A stretch of 53,280 bases of DNA from Escherichia coli. GTDB taxonomy: Bacteria; Pseudomonadota; Gammaproteobacteria; Enterobacterales; Enterobacteriaceae. The stretch is from assembly GCF_003334355.1 (NCBI RefSeq), contig NZ_QOWP01000028.1. One strand, 5' to 3'. The position numbers and the translations under genes were made by a program. Numbering within the stretch: position 1 is the first letter of the stretch; every line of letters begins with the position of its first letter. Below, in pieces: positions 1 through 8,700 of the stretch. The notes under the pieces were generated by a model, which did not search any database, was not told where the DNA came from, and worked only from the letters and a program-made list of their open reading frames with translations.

Positions 1-77
1 CTTTTCAAAAGGGTATTTTGGCTTTGACATATTAGGGGCTATTCCATTTCATCGTCCAACAAAATGGGTGCAGTACA
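1..77 (-). mobile_element. Terminal inverted repeat of an IS3-family insertion sequence (IS150-like), truncated by the window edge
   Basis: Read on the minus strand from position 77 the sequence begins 5'-TGTACTGCACCCATTTTGTTGGACGATGAAATGG, with the TG/CA terminal dinucleotide typical of IS3-family ends. It matches my recollection of the IS150 end, and IS150 is known to sit next to hokA in K-12. Not verified by alignment. Confidence 0.4.
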
Positions 78-109
78 TACTCGTTGGAAATCAACACAGG
101 GGGCTGGGA

Positions 110-262
110 ATGCCGCAGAAATATAGATTACTTTCTTTAATAGTGATTTGTTTCACGCTTTTATTTTTCACCTGGATGATAAGAGATTCACTGTGTGAAT
201 TGCATATTAAACAGGAGAGTTATGAGCTGGCGGCGTTTTTAGCCTGCAAATTGAAAGAGTAA
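110..262 (+). CDS. hokA: Hok-family type I toxin HokA (50 aa small membrane peptide)
   Basis: ORF translation MPQKYRLLSLIVICFTLLFFTWMIRDSLCELHIKQESYELAAFLACKLKE is a Hok/Gef family peptide with a single TM helix and conserved Cys. ATG at 110 verified. A perfect 8-bp stem hairpin at 271-290 follows the stop. Confidence 0.9.
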   Translation: MPQKYRLLSLIVICFTLLFFTWMIRDSLCELHIKQESYELAAFLACKLKE

Positions 263-383
263 GAGTCTTCGGCGGGAAATTATTCCCGCCTTACTTACGG
301 CGTTGCGCATTCTCATTGCACCCACATTTATTCTTCACAAAAATAATAATAGATTTTATTACGCGATCGATTATTTATTTCCT

Positions 384-420
384 GAAAAACAAAAAAAATC
401 CCCGCCAAATGGCAGGGATC
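384..420 (-). terminator. Rho-independent terminator of cspA
   Basis: On the minus strand, GC-rich hairpin (gatccctgcc attt ggcggggat) followed by a run of 8 U, immediately downstream of the cspA stop. Confidence 0.7.
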
Positions 421-446
421 TTAGATTCTGTGCTTTTAAGCAGAGA

Positions 447-659
447 TTACAGGCTGGTTACGTTACCAGCTGCCGGGCCTTTAGCGCCGCTTTCGATGGT
501 GAAGGACACTTTCTGACCTTCGTCCAGAGATTTGTAACCATCGTTCTGGATAGCAGAGAAGTGTACGAACACATCTTTAGAGCCATCGTCAGGAGTGATG
601 AAGCCGAAGCCTTTGTCAGCGTTGAACCATTTTACGATACCAGTCATTTTACCGGACAT
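447..659 (-). CDS. cspA: Major cold shock protein CspA
   Basis: 70-aa translation [70 protein letters not shown] matches CspA, including the RNP1/RNP2 motifs. Confidence 0.98.
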
Positions 660-819
660 AGTGTATTACCTTTAATAATTAAGTGTGCCTTTCGGCGATA
701 TGGCGTGCTTTACAGATTTTGAAGCGTTAAAGGAATGTGCACTACGAGGGGTATCAACGATAACTCTTGAAGGGACTTGCCTTACTACACTGCTTTAATG
801 GTCTGTACGTCAAACCGTT
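660..819 (-). promoter_or_regulatory. Long cspA 5' UTR (about 160 nt, cold-regulated leader)
   Basis: Reverse complement of 660-819 reads ACGGUUUGACGUACAGACCAUUAAAGCAG...UAAUACACU-AUG, matching the known long cspA leader that mediates cold induction. Confidence 0.8.
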
Positions 820-826
820 GATGTGC

Positions 827-855
827 ATTAAGCCACGCATTGGCGGGTGATTCAA
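827..855 (-). promoter_or_regulatory. cspA promoter (-10 CTTAAT, 17-bp spacer, -35 TTGAAT) with AT-rich UP-like element just upstream
   Basis: Hexamers read on the minus strand at 827-832 and 850-855; AT-rich tract at 856-880; position fits a transcript start near 819. Confidence 0.55.
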
Positions 856-939
856 CAATTATTTTTCATATTTATGATTAATCGGTTGGAAAACGGTCCT
901 GTCATCAGGACCGTAAACAGCAATAAAGTGGATAAAAGT

Positions 940-1230
940 CTATTCCATCAACTGCTTACTTAATGCCGGGTTGGCTTGAATCAAACGCATCAATTTTAGT
1001 TCGGCACTTGAAGGCTTCACGCGTCTGGATTCCCATTCCTTTACCATGGCGACTGATACGCCCAAAACCCGGGCGAAATCATCGATTTTTAACCCTGTCC
1101 CTTTTCGTAACTGCTCAATTTCGGTACAGGACGTTGTTCTGTGCGTCAGGGTAATTTTCTGCGTTTCATCTTTAAAAACAATCTGTTCCAGGCTGCTCAA
1201 CAGCTCATGCATTGGATCTTTATATTCCAT
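940..1230 (-). CDS. yiaG: XRE-family HTH transcriptional regulator YiaG
   Basis: 96-aa ORF with a C-terminal helix-turn-helix (…DFARVLGVSVAMVKEWESRRVKP…); conserved position beside cspA. Confidence 0.9.
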   Translation of the reverse strand: MEYKDPMHELLSSLEQIVFKDETQKITLTHRTTSCTEIEQLRKGTGLKIDDFARVLGVSVAMVKEWESRRVKPSSAELKLMRLIQANPALSKQLME

Positions 1231-1663
1231 TGAAAACTCCTCAAATCACACTGCGGGATCGTGAATTGCATCGAAGCTCATTAAGAATAGTCGGGAAAAG
1301 CAGACACAGCGGGGTGAAGTCAGGGCATGCTCTGGCTATGATTCGATTCAGCCTGTCATTTAGCGTGACTTATAGCCACCTAACGATCTGATAAATGCCG
1401 ATATATCTCTTACCACTCCTGTTTTGTAAAGATTTCGAAAATCTAACCTTCTGCGAAGGCGTAAATCTCTGGCTACAAAAAAGGCAACGGCACTATCATT
1501 TTTTAACAATGAAACAACAAATTAACCTTGTTTCATTTTCTCCATGATTTTACCAGGAAGATTACGTAGAAAGGGTATCCTGCAAGCCTGTCCTGGACTA
1601 TCCTTGTCACGTCAGACACGCGTGTGTCGTTGTGCGCTTTTTTTGGGTGAAAGGAGTAAGAAA

Positions 1664-2374
1664 ATGGCGACAGGAAAGTCCTGCTCTCGCTGGTTTGCGC
1701 CTCTTGCGGCGTTATTAATGGTAGTTAGCCTGAGTGGGTGTTTTGATAAAGAAGGCGATCAGCGTAAAGCGTTTATCGACTTCCTGCAGAATACAGTGAT
1801 GCGTAGCGGTGAACGTCTACCAACCCTGACTGCCGATCAGAAAAAACAGTTTGGTCCTTTTGTCTCTGATTACGCGATTCTGTATGGTTATTCTCAGCAG
1901 GTGAATCAGGCGATGGATTCCGGTCTGCGCCCGGTTGTAGACAGCGTTAACGCAATTCGCGTACCGCAGGATTACGTTACGCAAAGCGGTCCGCTGCGTG
2001 AAATGAACGGTTCGCTGGGTGTGCTGGCGCAACAACTGCAAAATGCGAAGTTGCAGGCCGATGCTGCGCACTCTGCGCTAAAACAGAGCGATGATTTGAA
2101 ACCGGTCTTTGATCAGGCATTCACCAAAGTGGTAACGACGCCAGCTGATGCATTGCAACCGTTGATTCCGGCGGCACAAACTTTCACGCAACAACTGGTG
2201 ATGGTTGGAGACTACATTGCTCAGCAAGGTACTCAGGTGAGCTTTGTCGCAAATGGCATCCAGTTCCCGACTTCACAGCAGGCAAGTGAATATAACAAAC
2301 TGATTGCGCCATTACCGGCACAGCATCAGGCGTTTAATCAGGCCTGGACTACAGCAGTTACTGCAACCCAATAA
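1664..2374 (+). CDS. yiaF: Lipoprotein YiaF (DUF3053)
   Basis: Start set at the ATG at 1664, preceded by AAGGAG (1651-1656); product MATGKSCSRWFAPLAALLMVVSLSGCF… has a lipobox (LSGC). The longer track ORF starting at 1544 lacks a ribosome-binding site. Confidence 0.88.
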   Translation: MATGKSCSRWFAPLAALLMVVSLSGCFDKEGDQRKAFIDFLQNTVMRSGERLPTLTADQKKQFGPFVSDYAILYGYSQQVNQAMDSGLRPVVDSVNAIRVPQDYVTQSGPLREMNGSLGVLAQQLQNAKLQADAAHSALKQSDDLKPVFDQAFTKVVTTPADALQPLIPAAQTFTQQLVMVGDYIAQQGTQVSFVANGIQFPTSQQASEYNKLIAPLPAQHQAFNQAWTTAVTATQ

Positions 2375-2380
2375 AGAGTA

Positions 2381-2405
2381 AAAGCCCGAGCGATTATCGG
2401 GCTTT
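2381..2405. terminator. Hairpin between convergent yiaF and ghrB (probable bidirectional terminator)
   Basis: aaagcccg-(loop)-cgggcttt inverted repeat with flanking A/T runs on both strands. Confidence 0.5.
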
Positions 2406-2423
2406 ACTCTACGCAGTCGCGGC

Positions 2424-3398
2424 TTAGTCCGCGACGTGCGGATTCACACAGTTCTTCTCAACCTTTCCTTGTAACGCATCAATCAAATTATCCACGGCAC
2501 AGGCGGCCATGCCATAACGCGTCTCATGGGTGGCAGATCCAATATGCGGTACTGCGACGACGTTGGCCATTGAGAGCAACGGCGAATCTACGGACAGTGG
2601 CTCTTGTTCGAAGACATCCAGCCCGGCAGCGTGAATTTCGCCTTTCTGCAATGCTGCGATCAGTGCATTTTCGTCAACCACCGGGCCACGTCCGGCATTA
2701 ATGAAAATGGCGGAGGATTTCATTTTGGCGAATTGTTCTGCGCCAAACAGATGATGCGTCTCATCAGTTAACGGCAGGATCAGGCAAACGAAATCTGACT
2801 CTTGTAACAGAGTATCCAAATCGCAGTAGCGGGCGTTGAAGCGTTCTTCTGCTTCTTTATGGTGGCGGCGCGCGTTATAGAGGATGGGCATGTTGAAGCC
2901 AAAGTGCGCACGTTGTGCCAGCGCCATGCCGATCCGTCCCATCCCGACAATGCCCAGTGTTTTATGGTGAACGTCAGTGCCGTACCAGTCCGGGCCTATG
3001 CTCGCGGTCCATTCGCCTGCTTTTACCCGTTCTGCTACCTCCACAACCCGACGAGCGGTAGACAACACCAGCGCCATCAGCGTATCGGCGACGGTTTCTG
3101 TTAATACGGTTGGCGTGTGCATCAGCAGAATTTTTCGGGCGGTAAGCGCATCGACATCAAAATTGTCATAGCCGACGGAGATCGTTGATGTGGCACGCAG
3201 TTTCGGCATTTTTTCCAGCAATGCGGCATCAACATTCTCGTTTGAACCCAGTAAACCTTCAGCTTCGGCAAAAATTGCTGCATTTTGTTCGACGGTTTGT
3301 GGGCTGAGGTTTGCCACCTGGTGAACGGTGAAATGCTCTTGCAGGCGTTGCAGTAAATCATCAGGTAAGGCTTTGTAGAGGATAACGGACGGCTTCAT
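2424..3398 (-). CDS. ghrB: Glyoxylate/hydroxypyruvate reductase B (2-ketoaldonate reductase; D-isomer 2-hydroxyacid dehydrogenase family)
   Basis: 324-aa product from MKPSVILYK… with NAD-binding motif [16 protein letters not shown] and catalytic His region; start chosen as the third in-frame Met to match the family N-terminus. Confidence 0.93.
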   Translation of the reverse strand: MKPSVILYKALPDDLLQRLQEHFTVHQVANLSPQTVEQNAAIFAEAEGLLGSNENVDAALLEKMPKLRATSTISVGYDNFDVDALTARKILLMHTPTVLTETVADTLMALVLSTARRVVEVAERVKAGEWTASIGPDWYGTDVHHKTLGIVGMGRIGMALAQRAHFGFNMPILYNARRHHKEAEERFNARYCDLDTLLQESDFVCLILPLTDETHHLFGAEQFAKMKSSAIFINAGRGPVVDENALIAALQKGEIHAAGLDVFEQEPLSVDSPLLSMANVVAVPHIGSATHETRYGMAACAVDNLIDALQGKVEKNCVNPHVAD

Positions 3399-3450
3399 GC
3401 TTCTCTCCATTCACTGATAAGGCGATCACCTTAGCCTGAAATATGATGAA

Positions 3451-3491
3451 GGAAAACTGAAGAATGCCAGGTGATTTCTGCATCACCTGGC
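3451..3491 (-). terminator. Putative terminator hairpin downstream of yiaD
   Basis: Perfect 10-bp inverted repeat gccaggtgat/atcacctggc (3466-3491) followed on the minus strand by a U-containing tract. Confidence 0.45.
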
Positions 3492-3501
3492 ATGAAAGGG
3501 A

Positions 3502-4161
3502 TTACAGCGGGCTTAAGGTAATTTCTACACGGCGGTTTTGCGCCTTACCTTCTGCGGTGCTGTTGCTGGCGATTGGGTTAGCCGGGCCAAGGCCCTGAGT
3601 ACGGATGCGGCTGGCGTCCACGCCCTGGGTGATCAACGCGCTGGCAACGGAATCCGCACGCTGCTGGGAGAGACGCATGTTCAGGTCGTGACCCCCCGTG
3701 CTGTCGGTATAACCAATCACGTTAACCGCCGTTTTCGGATACTCTTTCAGCACCATTGCCACGCCGGTCAGGGTGTTAGCGCCTGCCGGTTTCAGGGTCG
3801 CGCTGCTGCTGTCGAAGGTCACATTGTTCGGCATATTGAGGATAATGTTATCCCCGCTGCGGGTTACGCTAACACCAGTGCCGCGCATTTTGTCACGCAG
3901 CTTCGCTTCCTGCACATCCATGTAATAACCCACGCCGCCGCCCAGAGCTGCGCCTGCTGCTGCGCCAATCAGCGCGCCTTTACCGCGATCTTTCTTCGAA
4001 GAAGAGAGCGCACCAATACCCGCGCCCACGAGAGAGCCCAGACCTGCGCCGATAGCAGATTTGCCTGCTTCGCGTTCGCCGGTGTAAGGGTTAGTTGTGC
4101 AGCCAGATACCGCCAGAGCGCCACTCACTACGGCGGCAATAAGATAAACACGTTTCTTCAT
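3502..4161 (-). CDS. yiaD: OmpA-family outer-membrane lipoprotein YiaD
   Basis: 219 aa; lipobox (VSGC), Gly-rich region, C-terminal OmpA-like peptidoglycan-binding domain (…NRRVEITL…). Confidence 0.9.
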   Translation of the reverse strand: MKKRVYLIAAVVSGALAVSGCTTNPYTGEREAGKSAIGAGLGSLVGAGIGALSSSKKDRGKGALIGAAAGAALGGGVGYYMDVQEAKLRDKMRGTGVSVTRSGDNIILNMPNNVTFDSSSATLKPAGANTLTGVAMVLKEYPKTAVNVIGYTDSTGGHDLNMRLSQQRADSVASALITQGVDASRIRTQGLGPANPIASNSTAEGKAQNRRVEITLSPL

Positions 4162-4313
4162 TGTTAATCCTTAATAACCTTTTTATTCTTTGCCACGGGT
4201 TCCGTGGCGGGAGATTATGCCGCGTGAACATGAAGATTATTCCTGGGAATACTCGGAAATTTGTAAGTAATATTTAACTGCTCAATACATCTAACCTTTC
4301 AGGAGTCTTCGGT

Positions 4314-6647
4314 TTGGCCAACTCATCCTCACGATATTCCGTTCTGACTGCCGCCCACTGGGGGCCCATGCTGGTTGAAACCGACGGCGAAACCGTGTTT
4401 AGCTCGCGTGGCGCGTTAGCCACAGGAATGGAAAACTCCTTGCAGAGCGCGGTTCGCGACCAGGTTCACAGCAATACGCGGGTACGATTTCCAATGGTGC
4501 GCAAAGGCTTTCTCGCGTCACCGGAAAACCCGCAAGGCATTCGTGGGCAGGATGAATTTGTTCGCGTGAGTTGGGATGAGGCGCTGGATCTTATTCACCA
4601 ACAACATAAACGCATTCGTGAGGCTTATGGTCCGGCATCGATTTTTGCTGGTTCCTACGGCTGGCGTTCAAACGGCGTGCTGCATAAGGCCTCGACATTA
4701 TTACAACGCTATATGGCGCTGGCAGGCGGTTATACCGGGCATCTGGGGGATTATTCGACCGGCGCGGCACAGGCGATCATGCCGTATGTCGTGGGTGGTA
4801 GCGAAGTTTATCAACAGCAGACCAGTTGGCCGCTGGTGCTGGAACATAGCGATGTCGTGGTGCTGTGGAGTGCTAATCCACTCAATACGCTGAAAATTGC
4901 GTGGAATGCATCCGATGAGCAGGGGCTTTCTTACTTTTCTGCACTGCGTGACAGTGGGAAAAAGCTGATCTGCATTGATCCAATGCGATCGGAAACCGTC
5001 GATTTCTTTGGCGATAAAATGGAGTGGGTGGCACCGCACATGGGCACCGATGTTGCGCTGATGCTGGGGATCGCCCATACGCTGGTGGAAAATGGTTGGC
5101 ACGACGAAGCGTTTCTGGCGCGTTGCACCACAGGTTATGCCGTCTTCGCCTCTTATTTGCTGGGCGAGAGTGACGGAATAGCGAAAACCGCCGAATGGGC
5201 AGCAGAGATTTGTGGTGTTGGCGCAGCGAAAATCCGCGAGCTGGCGGCTATTTTCCACCAAAATACCACCATGCTGATGGCAGGCTGGGGAATGCAGCGC
5301 CAACAGTTTGGTGAGCAAAAACACTGGATGATCGTCACGCTGGCAGCAATGTTGGGGCAAATCGGCACACCCGGCGGCGGTTTTGGTCTTTCTTACCATT
5401 TTGCCAATGGTGGTAACCCCACGCGGCGTTCTGCGGTGCTCTCTTCCATGCAGGGCAGCTTGCCGGGTGGCTGCGATGCGGTAGATAAAATCCCTGTGGC
5501 CCGCATTGTTGAAGCACTGGAAAACCCTGGTGGCGCATATCAACACAACGGTATGGACCGACATTTTCCGGATATTCGTTTTATCTGGTGGGCGGGCGGT
5601 GCCAACTTTACTCATCATCAGGATACCAACCGCCTGATCCGTGCCTGGCAAAAACCGGAGCTGGTGGTGATCTCCGAATGTTTCTGGACGGCGGCGGCGA
5701 AACACGCGGATATCGTTCTGCCTGCGACCACCTCGTTTGAGCGTAATGATCTCACCATGACCGGCGATTACAGTAATCAGCATCTGGTGCCCATGAAGCA
5801 AGTGGTGCCGCCACGCTATGAAGCGCGTAATGATTTTGATGTTTTTGCCGAGTTAAGTGAACGCTGGGAGAAGGGCGGTTATGCACGTTTTACGGAAGGA
5901 AAAAGTGAGCTGCAATGGCTGGAAACGTTTTATAACGTTGCCCGACAGCGCGGGGCAAGCCAGCAGGTTGAATTGCCGCCATTTGCTGAGTTCTGGCAAG
6001 CCAACCAGTTAATTGAGATGCCGGAAAACCCGGACAGCGAGCGGTTTATTCGCTTCGCTGATTTTTGCCGCGATCCGCAGGCGCATCCATTAAAAACCGC
6101 CAGCGGTAAGATTGAAATCTTCTCGCAGCGTATTGCCGATTACGCTTATCCGGATTGCCCGGGGCATCCAATGTGGCTGGAGCCGGACGAATGGCAGGGC
6201 AATGCCGAACCAGAACAGTTGCAGGTACTTTCTGCCCATCCGGCGCACCGCCTGCACAGCCAGCTGAATTACAGTTCTCTGCGCGAATTGTACGCGGTAG
6301 CAAACCGTGAGCCTGTCACCATTCATCCTGACGATGCTCAGGCGCGCGGCATAACCGAAGGGGATATGGTGCGGGTGTGGAACTCCCGTGGGCAGATCCT
6401 TGCCGGAGCGGTCATTAGCGAGGGAATTAAACCTGGCGTGATTTGCATTCACGAAGGGGCATGGCCGGATCTGGATTTAACCGCTGACGGTATTTGTAAA
6501 AACGGCGCAGTGAACGTGCTGACCAAAGATCTCCCCAGCTCGCGGCTGGGGAATGGCTGTGCGGGTAATACGGCGCTGGCATGGCTGGAAAAATACAACG
6601 GTCCGGAACTGACACTTACAGCGTTTGAACCACCGGCCAGCTCATAA
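4314..6647 (+). CDS. bisC: Biotin sulfoxide reductase (molybdopterin oxidoreductase, cytoplasmic)
   Basis: 777-aa product of the DMSO reductase family with no signal peptide; TTG start at 4314 preceded by AGGAG (4301-4305). Confidence 0.93.
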   Translation: MANSSSRYSVLTAAHWGPMLVETDGETVFSSRGALATGMENSLQSAVRDQVHSNTRVRFPMVRKGFLASPENPQGIRGQDEFVRVSWDEALDLIHQQHKRIREAYGPASIFAGSYGWRSNGVLHKASTLLQRYMALAGGYTGHLGDYSTGAAQAIMPYVVGGSEVYQQQTSWPLVLEHSDVVVLWSANPLNTLKIAWNASDEQGLSYFSALRDSGKKLICIDPMRSETVDFFGDKMEWVAPHMGTDVALMLGIAHTLVENGWHDEAFLARCTTGYAVFASYLLGESDGIAKTAEWAAEICGVGAAKIRELAAIFHQNTTMLMAGWGMQRQQFGEQKHWMIVTLAAMLGQIGTPGGGFGLSYHFANGGNPTRRSAVLSSMQGSLPGGCDAVDKIPVARIVEALENPGGAYQHNGMDRHFPDIRFIWWAGGANFTHHQDTNRLIRAWQKPELVVISECFWTAAAKHADIVLPATTSFERNDLTMTGDYSNQHLVPMKQVVPPRYEARNDFDVFAELSERWEKGGYARFTEGKSELQWLETFYNVARQRGASQQVELPPFAEFWQANQLIEMPENPDSERFIRFADFCRDPQAHPLKTASGKIEIFSQRIADYAYPDCPGHPMWLEPDEWQGNAEPEQLQVLSAHPAHRLHSQLNYSSLRELYAVANREPVTIHPDDAQARGITEGDMVRVWNSRGQILAGAVISEGIKPGVICIHEGAWPDLDLTADGICKNGAVNVLTKDLPSSRLGNGCAGNTALAWLEKYNGPELTLTAFEPPASS

Positions 6648-7056
6648 TCCAGGTGGGTAGTTGGGTTTCATCCTGCCATGCGCAATCGACAATGTGAAAA
6701 CCCTGCGCACGGTAAAAATCTATCGCCGGTTGATTTTTTTGATAAACCTCCAGCATCAGATGGGGATAGCGCTGCTGCACATACTGCATCAGCGCCTTAC
6801 CAATACCGCGTCTGACGGCCTTCGGTGCGACAAACATTGCTGCCAGAAATCGGCCTTCCATAATGCTGACAAAACCGAGAAGCTTACCGTCCTCTTCCCA
6901 GACCCAGTTTTGCGCATTGGCAAGATAGGCATCCCGCACCAGCGGAATGCAGTCACGCCAGTAATTCGCTTTTATAAAGGGATGCCCCCAGGTTGTACTT
7001 TCCAGCCACAGTTCGAGGATCGCGGGGAGTTCTGAACGTTGCGCTTCCCGAATCAT
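6616..7056 (-). CDS. yiaC: GNAT-family N-acetyltransferase YiaC
   Basis: 146-aa product with acetyl-CoA binding motif (…RRGIGKALM…); its 3' end overlaps the bisC 3' end by 32 bp on the opposite strand. Confidence 0.9.
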   Translation of the reverse strand: MIREAQRSELPAILELWLESTTWGHPFIKANYWRDCIPLVRDAYLANAQNWVWEEDGKLLGFVSIMEGRFLAAMFVAPKAVRRGIGKALMQYVQQRYPHLMLEVYQKNQPAIDFYRAQGFHIVDCAWQDETQLPTWIMSWPVVQTL

Positions 7057-7616
7057 GGTTTATTTCCCGGATAGCAACAGCAGCCAACCACATGATCATT
7101 CACCAGCCCACATGCCTGCATAAAGGAGTAACAGATTGTGGTGCCGACAAACTTAAAACCACGTTTTTTCAGTGCCTTAGATAGGGCGTCGGAGGCGGAC
7201 GTAGATGTGGGAATTTCGCTCAACGTTGTGGCTTGTGTCACCTGTGGCTGATGATTTACAAACGACCAGACAAAGTCGGCAAACGGTTCGCCGTTCTGTT
7301 CCATTTGCAGGTACGCCCGCGCATTACCAATAATTGCCTGAATTTTCCCTCGATGGCGGATAATCCCGGCGTCCTGTACCAGTCTTTCGACATCCTCTTC
7401 CTGCATTGCGGCAACCTTCACCGGATCGAACTGATGAAAGCAGGCGCGATAGTTTTCGCGTTTTTTGAGGACGGTGATCCACGATAACCCAGCCTGCTGC
7501 CCTTCAAGGCAGATCATTTCGAACAGTTTTTTACTGTCAGTTTCAGGCACGCCCCACTCATTATCATGGTAGGCAATATAAAGCGGGTCCTGACTCACCC
7601 AGCCGCAACGTTCCAT
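7053..7616 (-). CDS. tag: DNA-3-methyladenine glycosylase I
   Basis: 187-aa product MERCGWVSQDPLYIAYHDNEWGVPE…; start ATG at 7614-7616 verified. Stop overlaps the yiaC start (ATGA), so the two are probably co-transcribed. Confidence 0.95.
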   Translation of the reverse strand: MERCGWVSQDPLYIAYHDNEWGVPETDSKKLFEMICLEGQQAGLSWITVLKKRENYRACFHQFDPVKVAAMQEEDVERLVQDAGIIRHRGKIQAIIGNARAYLQMEQNGEPFADFVWSFVNHQPQVTQATTLSEIPTSTSASDALSKALKKRGFKFVGTTICYSFMQACGLVNDHVVGCCCYPGNKP

Positions 7617-7773
7617 ACTTTCCCTCGCTATGTACCCGATCGTAAAAATTTCAGCCGCTTTTCTTGACGCATCGGTGAAAAAGTCAATATTTAATACAGG
7701 GCTACTATGCCCGATATCCTTCATACAATGACAATAATATTGCCGAATTCGGCTCTTCCCTGGAGTCGTGTTA

Positions 7774-8472
7774 ATGATCATAAAAAAAAGCGGTGGTCGC
7801 TGGCAGCTAAGCCTGCTGGCGAGCGTGGTAATCAGTGCCTTTTTTCTCAACACAGCTTACGCCTGGCAACAAGAATATATCGTTGATACGCAACCCGGAC
7901 TTTCCACAGAGCGTTACACCTGGGATAGTGATCATCAACCTGATTACAACGATATTTTGTCGCAACGTATTCAAAGTAGCCAAAGGGCGCTGGGACTGGA
8001 AGTCAATCTGGCGGAAGAAACCCCTGTGGATGTGACCAGCAGTATGAGTATGGGCTGGAATTTTCCTTTATATGAACAGGTTACAACCGGCCCGGTCGCG
8101 GCATTACATTACGATGGCACAACCACCTCGATGTATAACGAGTTTGGCGACAGTACTACCACGCTGACCGATCCGTTATGGCATGCCAGCGTGAGTACCT
8201 TAGGCTGGCGTGTTGACTCCCGGCTTGGCGATCTCCGACCCTGGGCGCAAATCAGCTATAACCAGCAATTTGGCGAGAATATCTGGAAGGCGCAATCAGG
8301 CCTGAGCCGGATGACGGCGACAAACCAGAACGGCAACTGGCTGGATGTCACCGTAGGCGCTGATATGTTGCTCAATCAAAATATTGCCGCCTATGCCGCG
8401 CTAACTCAGGCAGAAAATACCACTAATAATAGCGACTATCTGTATACGATGGGGGTTAGCGCCAGATTTTAA
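7774..8472 (+). CDS. yhjY: Small outer-membrane beta-barrel protein YhjY (autotransporter beta-domain-like)
   Basis: 232 aa; signal peptide ending AYA, alternating hydrophobic beta-strand pattern, C-terminal Phe (…GVSARF). Confidence 0.85.
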   Translation: MIIKKSGGRWQLSLLASVVISAFFLNTAYAWQQEYIVDTQPGLSTERYTWDSDHQPDYNDILSQRIQSSQRALGLEVNLAEETPVDVTSSMSMGWNFPLYEQVTTGPVAALHYDGTTTSMYNEFGDSTTTLTDPLWHASVSTLGWRVDSRLGDLRPWAQISYNQQFGENIWKAQSGLSRMTATNQNGNWLDVTVGADMLLNQNIAAYAALTQAENTTNNSDYLYTMGVSARF

Positions 8473-8586
8473 CGTAACAGTCACAATTGAAACCATTAAA
8501 TAACAATAGTTGTGGCGATAGTGGGTGCTAACTTACCAAATAATAAATTTGGTGAATAATTGTCGCGTCATTCATTCCTGAACTAA

Positions 8587-8617
8587 GGCATTTCATTCCG
8601 TTCTGATGGCATTTCAT
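8587..8617 (+). promoter_or_regulatory. YpdB (LytTR response regulator) binding site in the yhjX promoter
   Basis: Two exact copies of GGCATTTCAT (8587-8596 and 8608-8617) separated by an 11-bp spacer, about 85 bp upstream of the yhjX ATG; matches the published YpdB motif. Confidence 0.65.
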
Positions 8618-8700
8618 GCCGTTTTTCCCCAGGCATAAAGTGCACTTCGTTATGGTTGTCGGCAGAGATTTTTCCTTTTTATTACTGCAGGAATACTGCC

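Noticed and set aside
68-109. In-frame N-terminal extension of hokA in the ORF track (MQYILVGNQHRGLG…), possibly read as a Mok frame
   Set aside because: The extension begins inside the putative IS terminal repeat and crosses the insertion junction; Hok-family toxins are about 50 aa starting at the MPQKY Met.
303-722. 139-aa plus-strand ORF spanning the cspA locus
   Set aside because: Overlaps the cspA coding sequence, terminator and 5' UTR on the opposite strand; cspA is unambiguous.
1544-1663. Longer 276-aa version of yiaF starting at 1544
   Set aside because: No ribosome-binding site at 1544, whereas the ATG at 1664 has AAGGAG at optimal spacing and yields a standard lipoprotein signal peptide.
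4701-5801. 366-aa ORF antisense to bisC
   Set aside because: Lies entirely inside and opposite to a well-supported molybdoenzyme gene; no ribosome-binding site or recognisable protein family; long antisense ORFs are common in GC-rich coding sequence.
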